A program made the position numbers and the translations under genes. 25,902 bases of DNA from Armatimonadia bacterium. GTDB taxonomy: Bacteria; Armatimonadota; Zipacnadia; Zipacnadales; UBA11051. A model generated the notes under the pieces. It worked only from the letters and a program-made list of their open reading frames with translations. It had not been told where the DNA came from and searched no databases. The stretch spans positions 1 through 25,902 of the forward strand of contig JBDKRC010000123.1 in assembly GCA_039683575.1 (NCBI GenBank), given 5' to 3'. Shown here piece by piece: positions 8,241 to 17,062 of this stretch (positions within the stretch are counted from its first letter, which is position 1; each line of letters begins with the position of its first letter).

Positions 8241-9134
8241 GTGCCATCGGAGCTGGGCATCAAGATTGACGTGGATACGCTCATTGGCTATCGCCAGGGC
8301 GTGCCGTCGCTATTGCGCCAACTGGAGACGGTCGGGGCCAGGGCTACCTTCTGCTTTGCGGTAGGCCCTGACCGCTCCGGGCTGGCCATCCGGCGGGTAT
8401 TCACGCAGCGCGGCTTCATAGCCAAGATGCTGCGCAACAAGGCTTTGACCACGTATGGTTTTCCCACGGTGGTCTACGGTACGCTCCTCCCTGCCCCCCT
8501 CATCGTCGCTGCAGACCCCGGTATAGCCAGAGCAGTCGCTGACGCCGGCCACGAGATCTGTGTCCATGGCTGGGATCATGTGAACTGGCATGATAACCTT
8601 GGGAGGATGCCGGCTGACCGCGTGAACGAGCAGATGAAGCGCGCTTTTGACGGATTGACACAGGCGGTGGGGTTCAGGCCGCGATGCTTCGCCGCTCCGG
8701 GGTGGCAGTGCTCCGCCGCCAGTCTGGCCTCACATGACGCGCTGGGGCTGGCCTACGCCAGCGACGTGCGCGGGAAGGGGGGGCCCTTCCGCCCGGTGTT
8801 AGGCGGCACTGAGTTCGTTACGCCTCAGATTCCGACGAACCTGCCGACACTGGACGAGATGTGGGGCGCGGAGGTGCAGGACTGCAGCATGGCGGCAGCC
8901 CGGTGGCTGAGCCTGCTGCAGCCCGAAGTGAACGTGTTGACGGCACATGCGGAGATGGAGGGTATGGCGCTAATCGAGGCGCTGCCGCTGTTTCTGAGAC
9001 GGGCTGGCGACAGTGGGATAGCGGGCGTCGATCTGGGTACCATCGTCAGCCATGTCACTGACTTCCCTGCTCGAACAGTCGCTCCAGTTCGTCTGCCCGG
9101 ACGGGCGGGCACGGTGTGGTCTGTGCTTGAATAG
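8241..9134 (+). CDS. arnD: 4-deoxy-4-formamido-L-arabinose-phosphoundecaprenol deformylase (polysaccharide deacetylase fold)
   Basis: GIKIDVDT..G.RQGVP, GPDRSG, YGTLLP, HGWDHVNW, AAPGWQ, QIPTNLPTLDE and TAHAEMEG match ArnD motifs. GTG start. Confidence 0.87.
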   Translation: MPSELGIKIDVDTLIGYRQGVPSLLRQLETVGARATFCFAVGPDRSGLAIRRVFTQRGFIAKMLRNKALTTYGFPTVVYGTLLPAPLIVAADPGIARAVADAGHEICVHGWDHVNWHDNLGRMPADRVNEQMKRAFDGLTQAVGFRPRCFAAPGWQCSAASLASHDALGLAYASDVRGKGGPFRPVLGGTEFVTPQIPTNLPTLDEMWGAEVQDCSMAAARWLSLLQPEVNVLTAHAEMEGMALIEALPLFLRRAGDSGIAGVDLGTIVSHVTDFPARTVAPVRLPGRAGTVWSVLE

Positions 9135-9161
9135 TCGCAAGCCCGTCGTATAGCTATCAGA

Positions 9162-10541
9162 CTAAGGTTTGGCGGGCGCCGCCGGACCTGCCTCGAGATC
9201 CTCCTCCAGATCGCCAATCGCCCTAAGCAAGTCCACCACTGAAGTCTGCAGATCGTAGCGTGCGTTGACAGTGGCCGCCTGGGCCGCCGCCAGCGCCGTC
9301 TGGGCATCCAGCACCTCAATGCCGATTGAGAGGCCCGCCGCGAAGCGCACGTCCGCCATTCGCAGCCGCTCACGGGCATTGACCTCCCCGGCCTCGGCCA
9401 CCTTCAATTGCTCCCGCGCCTCATCCACGGCCAGAACCGCGTGCTTTATCTCCAGCGAGATGTCCTGTTTGAGGCTCTCGATCTGCAGCTTCGCATCGGC
9501 AATGACAGCCCGCTGTTCCTCCTCCTCAGCCCGGCGCAACCCACCATCGGAAAGCGGTTTGGTCCAGGCAAGCCCGAGAACCCAGTTGAGCGGCTCATTC
9601 ACGGCTGTAACCGTCTGCTGGTTGACCTGGGCAACGAAACCAAGACTTGAGTTCGTGCTCTGGTGAATGACGTCGAGAGTCGCTTCAGCCACCCTGAGCT
9701 GGCGCTCTGCAAGGGTCATTTCCGGCCGCTTTTCCCAACCGAGCGCGAACAGGTCGGTGAGGGAGGCATCTGGCTGTTGCAGTGGCACGCCTTCCTCCAC
9801 GGTCAGAACGGTCGTCTGCGGCAGCACAAGCAGGTTGGCAAGTACCGCGCGGGCCTGCTGGGCAGCGGTCTGGGCGGCAATGATGTCACCCTTGGCGCTA
9901 GCGAGCTCGGTCTCGGCCTGCACCACCTCGAAATTGGGTACAGTTCCCGCAGCCTCCATGGCACGTGTGATTCTGAGGTGCTCAGCGACGGCGGTGGCGC
10001 GCTGGTTCGTGACACTCGCCAGCATGTCCAGACGCAGGATGTTGTAGGCCAGCGTTCGGGCCGCGAGCGCCGTTTCGCTGGCCGTAACCGCCGCCCGGGC
10101 GCTGGCTGCCTCGATGCCCCGCTTCGCCAGCGCCGTCTGGGTCTCCAGGCGATGCCCGGTGTACAGGGGCTTGTTCAGGGCAACGCTCAGGATTTCATTG
10201 AAGGGCCTTGAATTCTTGACCGGGGCCCTGTGCGTCAACGAGGCGCTGGCTGCCGTGGTAGTCTTGCCAATAGTCTGCGCCTGCTTCAGCCGTGCCTCGG
10301 CCTGTTCGACCGACTTGGCGTCCCGCTGCAGTTGCAGACTGTTGCGCAAGGCCAGCTCTGCGGCCTGCGCCGGCGTCAGGTTGAGTTCAGTGGGCGCCTG
10401 TGAGGCAACCGCCGGTTGGGCGGCCTGTGCTTCCTGGGCCAGCGCAGCGCCCGCCGTCAACCACAGCAAGCAGGCCAGCATCGCCGCCGCCAGTGCGTGC
10501 GGCAGCATCGGCTTGGATATTTCACGATAGTTGGTGTTCAT
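9162..10541 (-). CDS. TolC-family outer membrane efflux protein
   Basis: Signal peptide ending ALA-QE; two OEP-like helical repeats (PLYTGHR / PLSDGGLR; RFAAGLSIGIEVLDAQ). Start moved to ATG 10541 on RBS AAGGA spacing. Confidence 0.88.
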   Translation of the reverse strand: MNTNYREISKPMLPHALAAAMLACLLWLTAGAALAQEAQAAQPAVASQAPTELNLTPAQAAELALRNSLQLQRDAKSVEQAEARLKQAQTIGKTTTAASASLTHRAPVKNSRPFNEILSVALNKPLYTGHRLETQTALAKRGIEAASARAAVTASETALAARTLAYNILRLDMLASVTNQRATAVAEHLRITRAMEAAGTVPNFEVVQAETELASAKGDIIAAQTAAQQARAVLANLLVLPQTTVLTVEEGVPLQQPDASLTDLFALGWEKRPEMTLAERQLRVAEATLDVIHQSTNSSLGFVAQVNQQTVTAVNEPLNWVLGLAWTKPLSDGGLRRAEEEEQRAVIADAKLQIESLKQDISLEIKHAVLAVDEAREQLKVAEAGEVNARERLRMADVRFAAGLSIGIEVLDAQTALAAAQAATVNARYDLQTSVVDLLRAIGDLEEDLEAGPAAPAKP

Positions 10542-10594
10542 TGTGTGCATCCTTACTTGAGTGCGACTCCGGAGTCTCGTTAGAGAGCGCAACA

Positions 10595-13500
10595 CTAGGC
10601 GGCCGCGTCTTCATCATCAGGCGGGATGATCTTCTTGCGCAGACGACGGCCGAGCTTCAGCACGTCGTCGACCAGGGAGTAGATGACAGGTGTGGCGATC
10701 AGCGTGACTGCCAAAGAGAGCACCTGGCCCCCGATGATGACATGGCTCATGGCGCGGTTGGTGCCCGCTCCGGTGCCGCTGGAGATCGCCAGAGGGATCA
10801 TGCCGGCAACGAAGGCGATGGTCGTCATCAGGATGGGCCGCAGCCTGTCCTTACAGGCGGTCAGGATCGCCTGGGTGCGGTCCATGCCCTTCGTGCGCAG
10901 ACCGTTGGTATGGTCTACCTGCAAAATGGCGTTCTTCATGACCACGCCGAACAGTACTAATATCCCCAGCATCGAGAAGACGTTCAGCGAGCCATTCATG
11001 ACCCACAGCGAGAACATCGCGAAAGGCAAGGTCAGCGGCAGCACATTGAGGATTACCAGCGGGTAGATCCACGACTCGAACTGCGCGGCGAGGATCAGGT
11101 ACATGAACACGACTGCGAGGATGATGGCCATCCCGAAGCTGCTCATCGTCTTGCCGAACTCGGCCGCTCGACCGGTGAAGAACCCACGGTACAGCGTGTC
11201 CAGCTTCTGCGCTTTGAAGAGCTCGACGACCTTGGCCTGAAGCTCCTGCTCCGAGACCCCCGGCGCCGGGTTCACTGACACGGTAATGGCGTGCGTCCGC
11301 GCATACCGGTCTACAAGCGACGGCGCCCCGGCCTCCCGGTAGGACACCACCTGATCGAGCGGCACCGCGCCGACGGTCGGATCAGAGCTGCGCACGGTAA
11401 ATAGCGACAGGTCATCCGCGGAGTTCCGATACTCCGGCTTGGCGCGCAGGTTGATGTCGTATAGCTGCCCGCCCTCGGCATAGTCGGAGACCTTCTTGCC
11501 GGCCACGAGCGTCCGCATCGTGGTTGCGATCCCCGCCACCGATAGCCCCAGATCGGAAGCCACGTCACGCTCCACGCTCACGCCCAGTTCCGGCTTGCCG
11601 ATGACCGAACTCGTGTCCGCATCGGCTGCCAGCTTGCTCTGCTTGATCTCCGCCACGATGCGGTCCCCGGCCGCCATGACTTTCCGTAACTCAGGTCCGG
11701 TGATCGTGTAAGTCACCTGCGCCGAGGCGCCGCCACCAATCGGGCTGACCTCTGACACCGTCGTCCGCAGTTCCCGCGGGTAGCGCGTGAGTATCTCATT
11801 GCGAGTCCGCGTCATCAGGTCCTGCTGCGTGGTCGGCGTCTTGCGATCCTCGACCTCGCTCATGTGGACGTCAACGGTGCCGCGGTTCTGCGTGCGCTGC
11901 CTATCATCGGCGACCGTGACTACCGTGTACGAGACCTCCGGCAGCTTGCGGATGTCCTTGGCGATGCGGTTCATCAGCGTCTCGGTGCTCGACAGCGACG
12001 TGCCTTCAGGCGCGCGCACCGACACCACGTAGCGGCTTTGATCATCATCGGGGATGAAGTTCGCCTTCACCATCTTGCCCAGTGGCACCACGGAGAGGAA
12101 CACGAGAACCGCGATGGTGACCACGGCCCAGCGATGCCGCAGCGACCAGTCCAGCACCACTCCGTAGAACCCTTCGACGCGGCCAAAGAGACCGGTCTTG
12201 TGGCTATGGCTGGCATGGCTGGTCGCCTGCGCGACCGCGTCCGCCTCAAGCTGCTTAGGCCTGCGTAGCCACTTGGCGCACAGCATTGGCGTAAGCGTAA
12301 AGGCCACCAGCAGCGAGACCAGGATCGCGAAGGCCATCGTCAAACCGAAGGACTGGAAGAAGCGCCCGATGATTCCGTTCATGAAGGCGATTGGGACGAA
12401 GACCGCAACGAGCGCGAATGTCGTTGCCAGTACCGCTAAGCCGATCTCCTCCGTCGCCTCCAGCGTCGCCTGCCGCGCGCTCATCTTCTTTTCATGAAGA
12501 TACCGGTAGATGTTCTCCAGAACAATTACCGCATCATCAATGACGATACCCACCGCCAGCGTCAGCGCCAGCAGCGTGATGATGTTCAGGGAGAAACCCA
12601 TCATCGAGATCAGGGAGAAGGTCGCGATCAGCGAGGCCGGGATGGACAGCGCCGCGATCACGGCGGAGCGCCAGTTGCACAGGAACACGAGCACGATCAG
12701 CGAAGCCAGAATGGCCCCGAGGATCAGATGTTCCTGCACCGCATCCAGCGAGGACTTGATGAAGGTCGAGCCGTCGGACACAATGCGTGCCTCGTAGCCC
12801 GCCGGAAGCAAGTTCCTCGCTTGCTCGACGCGCGCCTTGACTGCATCAGCGACCGCCACGGCGTTCGCGCCGCTCTGCTTGGTGACGTTGATCAAGACGG
12901 CGCGCTCGCCGTTCACGTTGGCGATTGATTCCGCTTCCTCTTCCCCATCCTCGACGTCAGCCACATCGGCCAGACGAATGGGCTGTCCATCCTTTGTGGT
13001 GACAATCAGGTCACGCAAGGCCCCGAGATCCGTCGTGCGTCCCTGCGTCCGCACCGATACGCGGCGGGCGCCTTCGTCCAGCGCGCCACCGGGCACCTGC
13101 AGGTTCTGGCTGGCCAGCGCCGTCTCGATATCTGACGCCGAGAGATCATAGGAGCGCAGGGCGTAGGCATCCAGCGCGACGTTGATCTGTCGAGCCTGAC
13201 CGCCGATGATATCCGCCTGCCCCACGCCGTTGATATTCTCAAGCTGGGGACGGAACCGCTTGTCGGCAAACTCGGTGAGTTCCCGAATCGGCGCGGTTTT
13301 CGACGACAGCGCGATTGTCACAACGGCGACCGCGCCAGTGTCCAGCTTTTGGATTATCGGCTTTTCAACATCATCCGGCAGATTGGGCAGCGCCAGATCG
13401 ACCTTGGCGCGGACCTCGTTGGCGGCCTCCTCCGAGTTCTTCTCCAGGACGAACTTGGCCATGACGACCGAGACGCCCTCAGAGGAGGTGGAGGTCAGCG

Positions 13501-13738
13501 TATCGATGCCCGAGACGCTGTTGACCTGCTTCTCGATCTCCTCGGTGACCTGCGTATCCATCTCCTCGGGCGTCGCGCCGGGGAGAACGGTGCTGATCGT
13601 CACGATCGGGAAGTCGATGTCGGGAAAGCGGTCGATTCCCAGCTTGGTATATGACATCCCGCCAACGACGACGAGCACGAGGATCAGCACCATCGCGACG
13701 ACGGGTCTATGAACTGACAGTCTGGCAAGAGCTTGCAT
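10595..13738 (-). CDS. RND efflux permease (AcrB/AcrD/AcrF family)
   Basis: 1047 aa. RPV near the N-terminus; GIVIDDAVIVLENI, GVVMKNAILQVD and RLRPILMTT show the proton-relay residues intact. RBS GGAGG. Confidence 0.95.
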   Translation of the reverse strand: MQALARLSVHRPVVAMVLILVLVVVGGMSYTKLGIDRFPDIDFPIVTISTVLPGATPEEMDTQVTEEIEKQVNSVSGIDTLTSTSSEGVSVVMAKFVLEKNSEEAANEVRAKVDLALPNLPDDVEKPIIQKLDTGAVAVVTIALSSKTAPIRELTEFADKRFRPQLENINGVGQADIIGGQARQINVALDAYALRSYDLSASDIETALASQNLQVPGGALDEGARRVSVRTQGRTTDLGALRDLIVTTKDGQPIRLADVADVEDGEEEAESIANVNGERAVLINVTKQSGANAVAVADAVKARVEQARNLLPAGYEARIVSDGSTFIKSSLDAVQEHLILGAILASLIVLVFLCNWRSAVIAALSIPASLIATFSLISMMGFSLNIITLLALTLAVGIVIDDAVIVLENIYRYLHEKKMSARQATLEATEEIGLAVLATTFALVAVFVPIAFMNGIIGRFFQSFGLTMAFAILVSLLVAFTLTPMLCAKWLRRPKQLEADAVAQATSHASHSHKTGLFGRVEGFYGVVLDWSLRHRWAVVTIAVLVFLSVVPLGKMVKANFIPDDDQSRYVVSVRAPEGTSLSSTETLMNRIAKDIRKLPEVSYTVVTVADDRQRTQNRGTVDVHMSEVEDRKTPTTQQDLMTRTRNEILTRYPRELRTTVSEVSPIGGGASAQVTYTITGPELRKVMAAGDRIVAEIKQSKLAADADTSSVIGKPELGVSVERDVASDLGLSVAGIATTMRTLVAGKKVSDYAEGGQLYDINLRAKPEYRNSADDLSLFTVRSSDPTVGAVPLDQVVSYREAGAPSLVDRYARTHAITVSVNPAPGVSEQELQAKVVELFKAQKLDTLYRGFFTGRAAEFGKTMSSFGMAIILAVVFMYLILAAQFESWIYPLVILNVLPLTLPFAMFSLWVMNGSLNVFSMLGILVLFGVVMKNAILQVDHTNGLRTKGMDRTQAILTACKDRLRPILMTTIAFVAGMIPLAISSGTGAGTNRAMSHVIIGGQVLSLAVTLIATPVIYSLVDDVLKLGRRLRKKIIPPDDEDAAA

Positions 13739-13848
13739 GAAAACCTCCGGCGCCGCCCGTGAGCGGGCGCTGGCCTCCTTAGCCTTGAGCGATCAACAGC
13801 AGTGCGGAAAAGGGAATCCTTCAGCCCGCGGCGCGCGCGGGCTGATGA

Positions 13849-15447
13849 TCATGACGAGGTGCCAGTCCCCACGGTCACTGCCTCACCGTTGGTCAAGTCA
13901 CGCTGCCCCTGAGTAATCACCTGGGCCGTCTCGGGCAGGCCGCGTACCTCAATCCACTTCTTATCTTCGGTCTCAAGCCCGGTCCGCACCTGGTACTCGA
14001 CTGCCTTACCATTTTCGACGGTAAAGACACGGGCGACATCCTCCTGCCCCTCAATGCCGTTCTCGCGCATGAGCGCTTCGGATGGAACCAGCAGAGCGTT
14101 CTCATGCCGCTCGACCAGGATCCGACCCTGAGCGAACATCTCGGGCCGCAGCAGGCGGTTTTTGTTGTCGATGCTGATGCGAATGGTGAAGGTGCGGTTG
14201 GCCTGCGAACCTGCCGGGTAGATGACCGCCACGCGCCCCGCAAAAGGCGTCGGGGATAGCTTGTTGACGCTGACCTCTACCGGCTGCCCGACCCTGATCA
14301 GGCCCAATTCACGGGCGGGAACGGCCGGTTCAAAGCCCACCGAGCCAAGCGCCACCACGCGCAAAATCGCCGTACCTGACGATACAACCTGTCCCGGTTC
14401 GGCCGTCCGCGAGGCAACCTGTCCTGAGATCGGCGAGCGAATGAAGGCATCGGCCAACGCCTTGCGGGCGATAGCAGCAGAGTCATATGCCTGGCGCAAG
14501 GCTGCCCGGGCAGCCTGCACGTCCGCTGCGCGAACGTCAATCTGAGCCATCCCGGCCCTGGCAGACTCCAGATCAGCAGCGCGTACCTTGTCCAGGGCCT
14601 CAGCCGCCTTGGCCTGCCGCAGGCGCTCCTCGGCCTGCCGGACCGCCTGCTCAGCCTGGACTACTTCCTGTGTCCGAGCCCCCTCCTTGACGAGAGACAG
14701 GGCTTCCTGGGCACCACGCAGTTGCGCGCGGCAAACCCGCTCCGCCGTCTCATACTGCTCCAGGGTGGCTCGTGCGGCGGCTCCCTGGGTGGTAAGCGTC
14801 CGGTAGCGGGCGGTGTCGGACTCTGCCTTTTCGAGTTGAGCCTGCGCGATAGTGACCTGCTCTTGTGCCCGGCGGATATCCTGGGCCCGCGAGCCTTCGC
14901 GCACCTGCGAAAGCTGCGCCTGCGCGCTCTCGAGGGCAGCTTGTGCCGAATCTATGCCAGTGCGAGTATTCACGCGCTGCTGTGAGTAGGCCGCGTCGGC
15001 GACCTTAATGCCGCTCTGGGAGGTTACCAACTGCTGCCGATGGCTCGCCTTGGCCTGATCCAGGCGCGAGCTAGCGACCTGCACGGCGGACTGAGCCATC
15101 CGCAACTGCGACCGCTGGTCAGCCATGTCCAGCTCGGCCACGACCTGGCCTGCTGATACAGAATCGCCTTCTCGCACCAGGACGCGGGACAGGCGGCCAT
15201 TGATGCGTGATGACAAGGGCACGTCAGAGAGTGCAACAAGCGAGCCCGAGACAGGCACCCAATGGGTTACGGTGCCCCGCATGGAGCTTTGTACCTGAAC
15301 TGGTGTGCTCTCAGCGGTGGCAGCCTCCGGCTTCTTCTGAGTCTCTTTGCGGCCGCAGCCGCTCAAGCCCCAGGACAGCACGGCCAGTGCAGTCACAATC
15401 GCGGTGACGGCGACCCACTTGTTGTTGGTCCAAACCCTTCGCAACAT
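13849..15447 (-). CDS. RND periplasmic adaptor (membrane fusion protein), probable lipoprotein
   Basis: Lipobox-like LSGC; lipoyl halves (GRLSRVLVREGDSVSAGQ / IRSPISGQV); long coiled coil; LRPEMFA. Start moved to ATG 15447 behind AGGAGG. Confidence 0.9.
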   Translation of the reverse strand: MLRRVWTNNKWVAVTAIVTALAVLSWGLSGCGRKETQKKPEAATAESTPVQVQSSMRGTVTHWVPVSGSLVALSDVPLSSRINGRLSRVLVREGDSVSAGQVVAELDMADQRSQLRMAQSAVQVASSRLDQAKASHRQQLVTSQSGIKVADAAYSQQRVNTRTGIDSAQAALESAQAQLSQVREGSRAQDIRRAQEQVTIAQAQLEKAESDTARYRTLTTQGAAARATLEQYETAERVCRAQLRGAQEALSLVKEGARTQEVVQAEQAVRQAEERLRQAKAAEALDKVRAADLESARAGMAQIDVRAADVQAARAALRQAYDSAAIARKALADAFIRSPISGQVASRTAEPGQVVSSGTAILRVVALGSVGFEPAVPARELGLIRVGQPVEVSVNKLSPTPFAGRVAVIYPAGSQANRTFTIRISIDNKNRLLRPEMFAQGRILVERHENALLVPSEALMRENGIEGQEDVARVFTVENGKAVEYQVRTGLETEDKKWIEVRGLPETAQVITQGQRDLTNGEAVTVGTGTSS

Positions 15448-15669
15448 ACAGACTTCCTCCTTGCGCGCTCCAGGAGCCCGTATCAGCCTGGGGTGGTGAC
15501 GGGCCTTGACCTGATCGGCTACTGACAGAGACGGTGGTGAGTATGGGTGTCCAATTGAGGCGTAACCTACGTCGTCGTGAACGGAGGTGCAGTCTCGGCT
15601 GCTTGTGAGGGGGCAACACCTTTCAGGACAGTCCGCACCTAGAGGCGACGATTTTGCTTTGATTGCCAA

Positions 15670-15697
15670 AGTATATACGCTCTGCTTCCATTGTCCA
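15670..15697 (-). promoter_or_regulatory. Putative sigma70 promoter of the efflux operon
   Basis: Minus strand TGGACA (15697-15692), 16 nt spacer, TATACT (15675-15670). Confidence 0.45.
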
Positions 15698-15736
15698 GAC
15701 GTTTTTGAGGCGGCTAAAGCGGAAGAGTTTCTTTGG

Positions 15737-16012
15737 TCAGTCTACGGCAGGCGTGGCGTCAGACGGACAGGCTTCGTCCCTGACGCCGAAAACGCGCTGC
15801 ATTTCCTTCAGAATGCCAGGCAGCTTGTCAACCTTGACGAAGAGCACTCCACTGCCGCCCGGGTCTTTCAGCACAATCAGCTTATCCCCTGGCCCGATGC
15901 CCAGGGCCTTGCGGGCCTCCGCTGAGATCACTACCTGGCCGCGCTGACCCACAGTTGCGCCCCCCATGAAGTAGGGGGTGATATCATTTTCTTCCCCGGG
16001 GGGGCGTCTCAT
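15737..16012 (-). CDS. AbrB/MazE/SpoVT-family DNA-binding protein
   Basis: ATVGQRGQVVISAEARKALGIGPGDKL is a swapped-hairpin barrel signature. Confidence 0.85.
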   Translation of the reverse strand: MRRPPGEENDITPYFMGGATVGQRGQVVISAEARKALGIGPGDKLIVLKDPGGSGVLFVKVDKLPGILKEMQRVFGVRDEACPSDATPAVD

Positions 16013-16210
16013 CGTTCCTCAGATCCGATCTTTCGCATTCAAAACGGCGAGAGGCTTGCTCACACTGACCGGTCCAGTCTCCACGGGGCGCCGGAATGGT
16101 TCGAGTTAGGCTGGTGTCCCTGGGACGGGCTCATTTCCCGCCTCCGGGATAAGTACAGCGGGCTCCCAAACTGCAGGTTTCGGCAGCAGCCATGGGTTGC
16201 CCGCACGACG

Positions 16211-16258
16211 TGCAAGCATGTACTTGCATACCCTACAGAATAATGCTATTATAGTCAA
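16211..16258 (-). promoter_or_regulatory. Promoter for the AbrB/efflux direction with overlapping palindromic operator (probable TetR site)
   Basis: Minus strand TTGACT (16258-16253), 17 nt spacer, TAGGGT (16235-16230). Palindrome TGCAAG-catgta-CTTGCA at 16211-16228 covers the predicted +1. Confidence 0.6.
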
Positions 16259-16314
16259 GAGGTAATTTGCCCTGCGAGGGTTGCCGGGGGCGCGACTTTT
16301 GCAGGTGTGGTAGT

Positions 16315-16343
16315 TGGACACAAAAGGGGAAAACGGTTAAAGT
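16315..16343 (+). promoter_or_regulatory. Putative promoter of the TetR gene
   Basis: TGGACA (16315-16320), 17 nt spacer, TAAAGT (16338-16343), about 30 nt before the ATG. Confidence 0.5.
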
Positions 16344-16372
16344 ATTGTCAGAGAAGAACGACGAGGTGTTCC

Positions 16373-16975
16373 ATGTCAGGTGGCGAGAATCAGCGCAACG
16401 GAGAGACAACCTGTTCGGCGCGGGAGCGCCTGCTATCCGCTGCTGTTGAGGTGCTATTGGACCGCGGCTACCGCGGCGCCACCAGCCGTGAGATCGCTCG
16501 GGTTGCCCAGGTAAACGAGGTAACCCTGTTCCGTCTGTTCTCGACGAAAGACGATCTACTGGCGGAGGCCATCGTTCAGCGAGCGGCGACGGACCGCGAG
16601 AGCGTACCCGCCCCTACAGGGGATATGCAGGCAGATCTTGAGAATCTGGCCGAGTTGACGGTGCGCAGTCTCAGTGGCGGAGGACACCTGCTCGTCCGCA
16701 TCCTGCCCGAGATCCCGCGACTGCCAGCAGAGCAGCGGAAGGTCGTGCGCGAGGCGCTTGTAGAGACCCAGAAGTCCCTGGTAGCCATCTTCCGCCACTA
16801 TCAGGACCTCGGCAGACTAGTTGGAGAGCCTGCCGAGTTCCTGTGCACCAGTTTCATGGGGCCCATACTGATGGTGGTCGGAGCCGCCCATTCCAGGGAG
16901 GAACCGGTGCAGTTCGATGCCAGCCAGCATGTGCGGGTCTTTCTGGAAGGGGCACGCGAAAGAGCCGGGCAATGA
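16373..16975 (+). CDS. TetR/AcrR-family transcriptional regulator
   Basis: HTH RERLLSAAVEVLLDRGYRGATSREIARVAQVNEVTLFRLFSTKDDL; divergent from the efflux operon. Start moved to ATG 16373 behind GAGGTG. Confidence 0.92.
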   Translation: MSGGENQRNGETTCSARERLLSAAVEVLLDRGYRGATSREIARVAQVNEVTLFRLFSTKDDLLAEAIVQRAATDRESVPAPTGDMQADLENLAELTVRSLSGGGHLLVRILPEIPRLPAEQRKVVREALVETQKSLVAIFRHYQDLGRLVGEPAEFLCTSFMGPILMVVGAAHSREEPVQFDASQHVRVFLEGARERAGQ

Positions 16976-17062
16976 TGCCAGGCTCCTGTGAGACTTCTTC
17001 TCTGGCTGTAGACCGTCCCTCTCCCCCATCCCCCGCTCCCTGGCCGTCTGCTCGCTGTTCTT

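Noticed and set aside
15448-15669. N-terminal extensions in the ORF track (adaptor; likewise arnC, TolC, TetR, LamG, GH-like, HydG, TM1266)
   Set aside because: Downstream starts have better RBS or translational coupling, and place signal peptides or family N-termini correctly.
15737-16012. MazE/VapB antitoxin of a toxin-antitoxin pair
   Set aside because: No adjacent MazF or PIN-domain toxin ORF.
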